Below are positions 25,916 through 46,623 of a stretch of DNA of 64,000 nucleotides, one piece after another. Source of the DNA: Ranitomeya imitator (taxonomy: Eukaryota). A model generated the notes under the pieces. The model worked only from the letters and a program-made list of their open reading frames with translations, was not told the DNA's origin and made no database searches. A program made the translations under genes and the position numbers. Within the stretch, counting starts at the first letter, position 1. Each line of letters starts with the position of its first letter. The stretch lies in the NCBI RefSeq assembly GCF_032444005.1, contig NC_091291.1, forward strand, positions 139,686,001 to 139,750,000, in the 5' to 3' direction.

Positions 25916-26149
25916 TCGCAGCAATGTCGCATCCTCCGCCTTTGTGACCTGGGGACTCTCCCGATTGTCACATGGCTTCTCCACATTTCTACACCCATCC
26001 TGGCTTACACGTATCCGGCAGAGCTAAAACAGCGAGGCTAGAACTTGCCCCACAGGCGACTCCTTAGCGGCCATTTTCCTGGAGTCTCTTCCCGCTTTGT
26101 TCTATGGACTGTCTTCACTAGAAGGAGACCGGAGGGCAGACTGTCTCTA

Positions 26150-26352
26150 TCGCTCTAGTGTTCGGCTGATTAGCATAGTGACGTCTCCCAGCCAATCAGG
26201 TGCAGGGGAGGGCGGGGTCTGCCGGTTTTGGGCGGGGCTGTGCTGGCGGCCGCTTCCTGTCCTTCACAGGCCGCTCAGGTGTCACAGACCGGGGATGGGC
26301 GCGGCGGCGGCGGCTGTGTGTCCGGGCACCGTGTGAGGCGAGAGCACCCGAG
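26150..26352 (+). promoter_or_regulatory. MFN2: MFN2 CpG-rich promoter and probable non-coding exon 1
   Basis: TGACGT at 26179, CCAAT 26192-26196, GC box GGGCGGGG 26210-26217, candidate donor AG|GTACTG at 26353. The TSS is not determinable from sequence. Confidence 0.7.
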
Positions 26353-27950
26353 GTACTGACACGTGATATATCGGGGGAGCTGTGATGTCACGATATCAGA
26401 CACAGACATGAGACTGAGTGCGGTTTCTGTGCGATAATATTGGACACTCCTTTACTCCGGCATCACCTGCTCCCAGTCCGGAGTATCGGGCGGGTCTAGG
26501 ACGATGCGCCGTTAATTTGTTTTTACTGTGAAATTGACCAAACCTTAGAAATGTCCCCGGGACAGATGACATTCTGCCGTAAATAAACGTCCTCTGACGG
26601 TGCCGGGTGTCGGGGTCACTGAGGGCTGTCGGTCCTGGTGGAGGGGCGCACGGTGCAGAGATCTGGGTCAGTGCGACCCTGTAAATGGGGGAGAGGGTCG
26701 CGAATGTCCCTCCCCCAGTACCAGAGACGCCACCAAGAATCCCCCCGTAATCCGGCATCTGATAGAGCAGAGCCCCGGCCTCCCACCACATTCCGTGCCC
26801 CCCATATACGGTGACGGCTGCGGCCACTGATCGGGGACCCTGGTGTCAGAACCGGACCCCACAGATCAGGGAGGACGTAATGCCCCCATATAACCCTGAG
26901 GGTCACCGTGCGGCCATAACTCCAGCCTGGGACCCTCCGTCTGTTGCGATCTCCAGCTCTGCAGGCTGGCTGGGCCTGCTGGGAGTTGTAGTTCCCCAGC
27001 AGCTGTAATAGATGTGCATCGGGCTCAGGGTTCATCACGATTTATGACCATGAAGGAGACGTCTCCTGGTGACGGGCGAGACACAGACCCCGCTGTGCCT
27101 ACGTATAGGCGCCCCCTCACACAGATACCCGGCCGGCGAGGTCTGTGAGCCGCTGAGGGGTCCGCTGGACCTATGGCTCCCTGCCAATACAATCATCGGG
27201 GGTCTGCAGCAGAAGTGACAGGACATGCTGAGAGTTGTGGTGCCACAGCAGCATGCTGCCTCTTCTGGTCTCCATGAGCGTGAACGTTGTTCATATAGGG
27301 GGGATAAAGGGGTCCCCCGTTGTAACAAACCTTCTGTATCTAGCACTTTCCAGCACATTTATTACGGACCCTCATTGTTTAAAGGGGCGATCTAGTGCCA
27401 TATCTTCTTTTCTGACAGACCCCCTGTATGTACATAAAATGAAAACACTATTTGTCTGCCGCCCCCCTCTGTACCTCTGCGGGGGTCTACGTGGATCTCC
27501 GAGCTTTCCCCTCCTGTGACCTTGTGTCCAATGCTGCAGCCAGTGATTAGCTGCAGTGGTCACAAGTACATACAGTGGGAATCAGTAGCTGGTGGGTTAT
27601 CGGATGACGCCACGGTCAGACACGCGGAGCTTTATTACCCCTGTAAGGAGCCGCGTGTGATCACTGCATGACCAAAGCCGGTGGAAGGTTCCTACTGAAT
27701 GACAGCAAGCAGAGATCCTGAAAGTCCTGATAGATTTATATCAAGTGTAACATTTACAGAGAATAACTTTAGTTTCTGGACTCTGAGCCCCATGGATACA
27801 TTGTGTTATAGTCAGAGACCCGGGAGGTCGCCCCCTGGTGGCAGGATCGCCATCATTTCCCATTAGAACTACCTGTCCCTCCTGTCGCTCCTCTTGTCCG
27901 CTGTTCTGTTTCCTGATACATTGTTTCACTCCGTCTACTTCTGCTGATAG

Positions 27951-28006
27951 GGGTTAACGGTTCGGCTGTGTTGGCTCGGCGTGGCGTCCGCGCGGTGTGA
28001 CGGCTG
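27951..28006 (+). other. MFN2: Candidate non-coding MFN2 exon 2
   Basis: Pyrimidine tract plus AG ending 27950, donor CTG|GTCAGT at 28007, leaving a 78-nt intron before coding exon 1. Human MFN2 also has two non-coding 5' exons. Confidence 0.45.
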
Positions 28007-28088
28007 GTCAGTATACGTGTGCCGTGTGCAGAAATCTTCACCACATTGTCTGCAAATCGTAATCGTCGTGTTTCCCTTCTGCAGCGAG

Positions 28089-37639
<9,551 letters not shown>

Positions 37640-39025
37640 TGGGGCCACGATACTGTAGCGCCAGCGAATGGGAATTTCTATAACCACTTTCTCCGTAGAG
37701 TCACGTGTCGCGACCTCTCCTCCACCACTACATGCTCAGACGTGACCTACCTTCTAATGCGCATAGTTTACATGAACTGTCCGGGACTTCTGTACTCTCT
37801 GATCACTGCCATCTCTGGGCTCACAAATCGTACGCAGCTTCTCATCACGCTATACTGCTGCAAAGGATGCTGGGATAGTAACGAAGACCCCAAAGATGCC
37901 AGAAAATGCAACTGTGCCCAAAATGTCATGAGACACCGGACAGCTGACATGAAGGACTTGAGTATTCGGTTGTCCCGTTTCCCTGCTGCTTCTGACCTGA
38001 CGTTTCACCAATTTTAGAGATTCTGGTTCAAGAAGGAAGAAGTAATTAGTGTTTGTTCTGTGGATTATTAATATTGATCCGGATCACAGGCTGAACCTAC
38101 ATTTAAGAGGTCTCCATTAGTATAAAGGAAACGATTATGTAATTAAACACATTTTTTTTTTTTCCCAAGATCTCTGCTTACTTATAGTGACTGGAAACAT
38201 TTATATGAACTTGCAACTGATAAACTCATCCTGACCAAAAGCGCATCTCACCGTTGTGAGTTTGCTACAATTGTGTCCTGAATTTTAGGTCAGGACATGT
38301 ACTCAGTCCCTTTTGCTGCCAGCAAGCAGAGATGTTGCCAATTGTGAGGAATTTTAAATGCTAAGTTTATTAGAAAGTTGCAAAACTTTTCATTATAGAA
38401 TCATTCAGATTAATTTCCATAAAACCTGCAAGAATCAGAAAGTTCCCCACGTCCATAAAATTATTCATCCAGTTTGGACAACCCCAGATCAGTGGCCTCG
38501 TCCCCCCCAGCAGCTCGATGCCTTTCGGGGGTCCTGCTGCTTCTCGGGTCACTGAATATTTCCGCTGCAGTCTGATGGAGTGGGGTCGTCCTTTGCAGGG
38601 CTCTGGTCTGGCGGCCATGGACTATGGAATATGAGGCTGGATATAACCCTTTGTCCTCTCCACACTGAGTTTCGGTCGCCCTGTGTGTATTGGACCCAGT
38701 CTTATTTTTCGGTAGACCAAGAATAGGAAGAGTTTGACTCGTACGTGCAAGTGTAGGAATAATAGCGATCCTGCATGTTATATGAAAGGAATCTAGATTA
38801 TAGGTGATGCTGAGATTAGCGGAAACTCGTGCACTGATCCCCCCCCCCCCCCCCCCCCCGTCCTCGTGATCCCCACTCATATCCCTGTGTGATGTCAGAT
38901 TATTTATGTCTTGTCTGTGGCATTAGAGCCAATCTGTAAATATATAAAATGAGAATGTTTTGAGTTAATGCACATTGGTGCGGCTGGGTTTACTTTTTAC
39001 CTTTTTCAGATGCGCCTTTTGCAAA

Positions 39026-39031
39026 AATAAA
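39026..39031 (+). terminator. Candidate proximal MFN2 polyadenylation signal
   Basis: AATAAA about 1.4 kb after the stop codon. Confidence 0.4.
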
Positions 39032-39404
39032 AATCCCAACAGGCTCTGACGGCGTGCAGACTGGCTGGAGATCACTGGTATTCATTATCCTATCTAACGA
39101 GATGTGGCTTGATTATTATTGCCCCAGTGTTATGTCGTTTTCCAGCTTAATAATAAAAAGAGCGAGCGGATTCAGAATTTGTCCATTTACTAGACACATT
39201 TCCCTTATTCTAAAGCCCCTTCCTCCTATATTAATCATAACTGTAATACTGTCATTGTCCACCTGGGGGCGAGGCTGAGATTATTCCCAGCAGCAGTAAA
39301 AATACATCATATATCGGTCATCTCGGGTGTGAGACCCCTGTAAGCACGTTCTGATTGGTGGTTTATGCCGTGTCTAATAACACTGAGATGAATTCTGGGC
39401 ACCG

Positions 39405-41695
39405 CCCCCCTCACTGATTCCCCCCTTCTCACTGATCCCCCCCCCTCTCTACTCACTGATCCCCTCTCCTCACTGATTCCCCCCCTCTCCTCACTGATCC
39501 CCCCCCCTCCTCACTGATTCCCCCCCTCTCCTCACTGATCCACCCCCTCTCCTCACTGATCCCCCCCCCTCCTCACTGATCCACCCCCTCCTCACTGATC
39601 CACCCCCTCTCCTCACTGATCCACCCCCTCTCCTCACTGATCCACCCCCTCTCCTCACTGATCCACCCCCTCTGCTCACTGATCCCCCCCCCTCCTCACT
39701 GATCCACCCCCTCCTCACTGATCCACCCCCTCTCCTCACTCATCCACCCCCCCTCCTCACTGATTCCCCCCTTCTCACTGATTCCACCCCCTCTCCTCAG
39801 TGATCCACCCCCCTCTCCTCACTCATCCACCCCCTCTCCTCACTCATCCACCCCCCTCTCCTCACTCATCCACCCCCCTCTCCTCACTCATCCACCCCCC
39901 TCTCCTCACTCATCCACCCCCCTCTCCTCACTCATCCACCCTCCTCACTGATCCACCCCCCTCTCCTCACTGATCCACCCCCCTCTCCTCACTGATCCAC
40001 CCCCTCTCCTCACTGATCCACCCCCTCTCCTCACTGATCCACCCCCTCTCCTCACTCATCCACCCCCCTCTCCTCACTCATCCACCCCCCTCTCCTCACT
40101 CATCCACCCCCCTCTCCTCACTCATCCACCCCCCTCTCCTCACTCATCCACCCCCCTCTCCTCACTCATCCACCCTCCTCACTGATCCACCCCCCTCTCC
40201 TCACTGATCCACCCTCCTCACTGATCCACCCCCTCTCCTCACTGATCCACCCCCCTCTCCTCACTCATCCACCCCCTCTCCTCACTCATCCACCCCCCTC
40301 TCCTCACTCATCCACCCCCCTCTCCTCACTGATCCCCCCCTCTCCTCACTGATCCCCCCTCTCCTCACTGATCCCCCCCTCTCCTCACTGATCCCCCCCT
40401 CTCCTCACTCATCCACCCCCCTCTCCTCACTGATCCCCCCCTCTCCTCACTCATCCACCCCCTCTCCTCACTGATCCCCCCCCTCTCCTCACTCATCCAC
40501 CCCCTCTCCTCACTCATCCACCCCCCTCTCCTCACTCATCCACCCCCCTCTCCTCACTGATCCCCCCCCCTCTCCTCACTGATCCCCCCCCCTCTCCTCA
40601 CTCATCCACACCCCTCTCCTCACTGATCCCCCCCTCTCCTCACTGATCCACCCCCTCTCCTCACTGATCCACCCCCTCTCCTCACTGATCCACCCCCTCT
40701 CCTCACTGATCCACCCCCTCTGCTCACTGATCCCCCCCCTCCTCACTGATCCACCCCCTCTCCTCACTCATCCACCCCCCCTCCTCACTGATTCCCCCCT
40801 TCTCACTGATTCCCCCCTTCTCACTGATTCCACCCCCCTCTCCTCACTCATCCACCCCCCTCTCCTCACTCATCCACCCCCTCTCCTCACTCATCCACCC
40901 CCCTCTCCTCACTCATCCACCCCCCTCTCCTCACTCATCCACCCCCCTCTCCTCACTCATCCACCCCCCTCTCCTCACTCATCCACCCTCCTCACTGATC
41001 CACCCCCCTCTCCTCACTGATCCACCCCCCTCTCCTCACTGATCCACCCCCTCTCCTCACTGATCCACCCCCTCTCCTCACTGATCCACCCCCCTCTCCT
41101 CACTCATCCACCCCCTCTCCTCACTCATCCACCCCCCTCTCCTCACTCATCCACCCCCCTCTCCTCACTGATCCCCCCCTCTCCTCACTGATCCCCCCCT
41201 CTCCTCACTCATCCACCCCTCTCCTCACTCATCCACCCCCCTCTCCTCACTGATCCCCCCCCTCTCCTCACTCATCCACCCCCTCTCCTCACTGATCCCC
41301 CCCCTCTCCTCACTCATCCACCCCCCTCTCCTCACTGATTCCCCCCCTCTCACTGATCCCCCCCCCTCTCCTCACTGATCCACCCCCCTCTCCTCACTGA
41401 TCCACCCCCCTCTCCTCATTGATCCACCCCCTCTCCTCACTGATCCACCCCCTCTCCTCACTCATCCACCCCCCTCTCCTCACTCATCCACATCCCTCTC
41501 CTCACTCATCCACCTCCCTCTCCTCACTCATCCACCCCCCTCTCCTCACTCATCCACCCCCCTCTCCTCACTGATCCCCCCCCCTCTCCTCACTCATCCA
41601 CCCCCCTCTCCTCACTGATTCCCCCCCTCTCACTGATCCACCCCCCCCTCTCCTCAATGATCCCCCCCCTTACTGATCCCCCCCCCTCTCCTCCC
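39405..41695 (+). repeat. C-rich minisatellite of about 20-22 bp (2.3 kb)
   Basis: Unit CCCCCTCTCCTCACT(G/C)ATCCA. Confidence 0.95.
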
Positions 41696-41861
41696 CATCT
41701 TCTTTGTTGCCAAATATGATTTGACTTGAATCGAGAAGCTGCTGATAGAAGACGCCGCGAGCTGAGAAGCACTTTATGTTCTGCTCTTGTGATGATGGCT
41801 GATCTACAATGTATTTAATAATGTCACAAGCATGAAAGGCTGTAACCTCCTACATCCCAGA

Positions 41862-41867
41862 AATAAA
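41862..41867 (+). terminator. Candidate distal MFN2 polyadenylation signal
   Basis: AATAAA in a short unique AT-rich island between two arrays, followed by GT-rich tctgtggtatt. Confidence 0.45.
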
Positions 41868-41904
41868 ACCTTTCCCAAATCCTCGTCTGTGGTATTATAT
41901 GGGA

Positions 41905-44900
41905 TATACACCAGAATACTGAGTGCAGCTCTGGGGTATAATACAGGATATAACTCACGATCAGTAATGTAATGTATGTACACAGTGACTGCACCAGCAG
42001 AATAGTGAGTGCAGCTCTGGAGTATAATACAGGATATAACTCAAGATCAGTAATGTAATGTATGTACACAGTGACTGCACCAGCAGAATAGTGAGTGCAG
42101 CTCTGGGGTATAATACAGGATATAACTCAAGATCAGTAATGTAATGTATGTACACAGTGACTGCACCAGCAGAATAGTGAGTGCAGCTCTAGGGTATAAT
42201 ACAGGATGTAACTCAGGATCAGTAATGTATGTACACAGTGACTGCACCAGCAGAATAGTGAGTGCAGCTCTAGGGTATAATACAGGATGTAACTCAGGAT
42301 CAGTAATGTAATGTATGTACACAGTGACTGCACCAGCAGAATAGTGAGTGTAGCTCTGGAGTATAATACAGGATGTAACTCGGGATCAGTAATGCAATGT
42401 ATGTACACAGTGACTGCACCAGCAGAATAGTGAGTGCAGCTCTGGGGTATAATACAGGATGTAACTCAGGATCAGTAATGTAATGTATGTACACAGTGAC
42501 TGCACCAGCAGAATAGTGAGTGTAGCTCTGGAGTATAATACAGGATGTAACTCGGGATCAGTAATGCAATGTATGTACACAGTGACTGCACCAGCAGAAT
42601 AGTGAGTGCAGCTCTGGAGTATAATACAGGATGTAACTCAGGATCAGAAATGTAATATATGTACACAGTGACTGTACCAGCAGAATAGTGAGTGCAGCTC
42701 TGGGGTATAATACAGGATGTAACTCAGGATCAGTAATGTATGTACACAGTGACTGCACCAGCTGAATAGTGAGTGCAGCTCTGGGGTATAATACAGGATG
42801 TAACTCAGGATCAGTAATGTATGTACACAGTAACTGCACCAGCAGAATAGTGAGTGCGGCTCTGGGGTATAATACAGGAGGTAACTCAGGATCAGTAATG
42901 TAATGTATGTACACAGTGACTGCTCCAGCAGAATAGTGAGTGCAGCTCTGGGGTATAATACAGGATGTAACTCAGGATCAGTAATGTAATGTATGTACAC
43001 AGTGACTGCACCAGCAGAATAGTGAGTGCAGCTCTGGAGTATAATACAGGATGTAACTCAGGATCAGTAATGTAATGTATGTACACAGTGACTGCACCAG
43101 CAGAATAGTGAGTGCAGCTCTGGGGTATAATACAGGATGTAACTCAGGATCAGTAATGTAATGTATGTACACAGTGACTGCACCAGCAGAATAGTGAGTG
43201 CAGCTCTGGAGTATAATACAGGATGTAACTCAGGATCAGAAATGTAATGTATGTACACAGTGACTGCACCAGCTGAATAGTGAGTGCAGCTCTGGGGTAT
43301 AATGCAGGATGTAACTCAGGATCAGTAATGTAATGTATGTACACAGTGACTGCACCAGCTGAATAGTGAGTGCAGCTCTGGAGTATAATACAGGATGTAA
43401 CTCAGGATCAGAAATGTAATGTATGTACACAGTGACTGCACCAGCTGAATAGTGAGTGCAGCTCTGGGGTATAATACAGGATGTAACTCAGGATCAGTAA
43501 TGTAATGTATGTACACAGTGACTGCACCAGCTGAATAGTGAGTGCAGCTCTGGGGTATAATACAGGATGTAACTCAGGATCAGTAATGGAATGTATGTAC
43601 ACAGTGACTGCACCAGCAGAATAGTGAGTGCAGCTCTGGGGTATAATACAGGATGTAACTCAGGATCAGTAATGTATGTACACAGTGACTGCACCAGCAG
43701 AATAGTGATTGCAGCTCTGGGGTATAATACAGGATGTAACTCAGGATCAGTAATGTATGTACACAGTAACTGCACCAGCAGAATAGTGAGTGCGGCTCTG
43801 GGGTATAATACAGGAGGTAACTCAGGATCAGTAATGTAATGTATGTACACAGTGACTGCTCCAGCAGAATAGTGAGTGCAGCTCTGGGGTATAATACAGG
43901 ATGTAACTCAGGATCAGTAATGTAATGTATGTACACAGTGACTGCACCAGCAGAATAGTGAGTGCAGCTCTGGAGTATAATACAGGATGTAACTCAGGAT
44001 CAGTAATGTAATGTATGTACACAGTGACTGCACCAACAGAATAGTGAGTGCAGCTCTGGGGTATAATACAGGAGGTAACTCAGGATCAGTAATGTAATGT
44101 ATGTACACAGTGACTGCACCAGCAGAATAGTGAATACAGCTCTGGAGTATAATACAGGATGTAACTCAGGATCAGTAATGTATGTACACAGTGACTGCAC
44201 CAGCAGAATAGTGAGTGCAGCTCTGGGGTATAATACAGGATGTAACTCAGGATCAGTAATGTAATGTATGTACACAGTGACTGCTCCAGCAGAATAGTGA
44301 GTGCAGCTCTGGGGTATAATACAGGATGTAACTCAGGATCAGTAATGTAATGTATGTACACAGTGACTGCACCAGCAGAATAGTGAGTGCAGCTCTGGAG
44401 TATAATACAGGATGTAACTCAGGATCAGTAATGTATGTACACAGTGACTGCACCAGCAGAATAGTGAGTGCAGCTCTGGAGTATAATACAGGATGTAACT
44501 CCGGATCAGTAATGTAATGTATGTACACAGTGACTGCTCCAGCAGAATAGTGAGTGCAGCTCTGGGGTATAATACAGGATGTAACTCAGGATCAGTAATG
44601 TAATGTATGTACACAGTGACTGCACCAGCAGAATAGTGAGTGCAGCTCTGGAGTATAATACAGGATGTAACTCAGGATCAGTAATGTAATGTATGTACAC
44701 AGTGACTGCTCCAGCAGAATAGTGAGTGCAGCTCTGGGGTATAATACAGGATGTAACTCAGGATCAGTAATGTAATGTATGTACACAGTGACTGCACCAG
44801 CAGAATAGTGAGTGCAGCTCTGGGGTATAATACAGGATGTAACTCAGGATCAGTAATGTAATGTATGTACACAGTGACTGCACCAGCAGAATAGTGAGTG

Positions 44901-45689
44901 CAGCTCTGGAGTATAATACAGGATGTAACTCAGGATCAGTAATGTAATGTATGTACACAGTGACTGCACCAGCAGAATAGTGAGTGCAGCTCTGGGGTAT
45001 AATACAGGATGTAACTCAGGATCAGTAATGTAATGTATGTACACAGTGACTGCACCAGCAGAATAGTGAGTGCAGCTCTGGGGTATAATACAGGATGTAA
45101 CTCAGGATCAGTAATGTAATGTATGTACACAGTGACTGCACCAGCAGAATAGTGAGTGCAGCTCTGGGGTATAATACAGGATGTAACTCAGGATCAGTAA
45201 TGTAATGTATGTACACAGTGACTGCACCAGCAGAATAGTGAGTGCCGCTCTGGAGTATAATACAGGATGTAACTCAGGATCAGTAATGTAATGTATGTAC
45301 ACAGTGACTGCACCAGCAGAATAGTGAGTGCCGCTCTGGAGTATAATACAGGATGTAACTCAGGATCAGTAATGTAATGTATGTACACAGTGACTGCACC
45401 AGCAGAATAGTGAGTGCCGCTCTGGAGTATAATACAGGATGTAACTCAGGATCAGTAATGTAATGTATGTACACAGTGACTGCACCAGCAGAATAGTGAG
45501 TGCAGCTCTGGGGTATAATACAGGATGTAACTCAGGATCAGTAATGTAATGTATGTACACAGTGACTGCACCAGCAGAATAGTGAGTGCCGCTCTGGAGT
45601 ATAATACAGGATGTAACTCAGGATCAGTAATGTATGTACACAGTGACTGCACCAGCAGAATAGTGAGTGCCGCTCTGGAGTATAATACA
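41905..45689 (-). repeat. 86-bp satellite (family B), inverted, 3.8 kb
   Basis: Reverse complement of the 31300-32820 unit, with 86- and 81-bp variants. Confidence 0.97.
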
Positions 45690-45839
45690 TGCCGTCACTA
45701 TTATTGGATTGCAGGCAGTGATGGCGGAGGCTCACTGTCACTGTCACTGCTGCGGTCGGTCTTTCCCTTCCCACACTGTCGCGTTCTATACTTACAGCGT
45801 TCAGTGATTGACAGCTGAGTCGGTTTCCATGGTCACTGA

Positions 45840-46127
45840 TGTTAGTCTTCACGTAACGCGGGAACAGAAGCGGTTTTAATTTCACCAATCAGCGGTTTCT
45901 CCACCGGTCACGTGAGAGTGGTCGAGTTTCTTTTAAAGTGGCAATTCCTCCACAGCGCGCTCAGACTGAACAGACCCAGAAAGAAACTGTCGTCACTTTA
46001 AGAATCGCTGTATTACGTTGCATAACCAGCAGGGGGCACTGGGTGACTGCGAGGAGCGGAGGCTGATCACTGATCACCGGATATCGAGGAGTTCCCCTGG
46101 GATTGTGCGGCGGCAGCTGGAGGACGG
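45840..46127 (+). promoter_or_regulatory. MIIP: MIIP promoter and non-coding exon 1
   Basis: CpG-rich island with CCAAT 45885-45889, E-box GTCACGTGA 45907-45915 and donor CGG|GTGAGG at 46128. The next acceptor (tttacag) ends at 46473. Confidence 0.72.
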
Positions 46128-46500
46128 GTGAGGTCCCGGGACACAGGTCCGTCTGTGTCTCATGTACTGAGCTCCAGGCCCGGTGCCTGCTGGGTACTAA
46201 TTAAAGGGATTATCCATCTGTGTTGTCCCAGGATCCTCTGCAGCCAGTTCTTAGTTATGTTACTGGGAAAGTCCGGTTCTCTCCAGTATGGCGGTGCCCC
46301 AGCTCCCTCCTGTGTATCTGCTCCCAGACCAAGAGCCTGGACGTCAGGGGAAGCTGATGGCATCTTCACTGGTGAACTACAACTCCCAGCATAGCTCTCA
46401 ATGTCACGGCTGGTGGTTTTCTTCAGCTGACTGATATTAGTGATGGTGATGTGATGCGTCCTGTGGTTTACAGATGGAGACGTCCAGATACTGATCAGAA

Positions 46501-46623
46501 ATGTCGTCCTCCGAGCGCCTGGACGAGCTGCGGAGTCTGAACAAGTGTCTACTGGAGAAGCTGAATGTCAACCGGGAGGAGCTGAAGAAGCAGCAGAAGC
46601 TATTCACTGCCCGCAACGTCACG
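46501..46623 (+). CDS. MIIP: MIIP coding exon 1
   Basis: [21 protein letters not shown]..., donor ACG|GTGAGC. Confidence 0.88.

Noticed and set aside
39000-46000. An Fv1-like retroviral gag gene, as found next to Miip in rodents (recalled)
   Set aside because: The interval between MFN2 and MIIP is almost all tandem repeat, with no gag-like ORF
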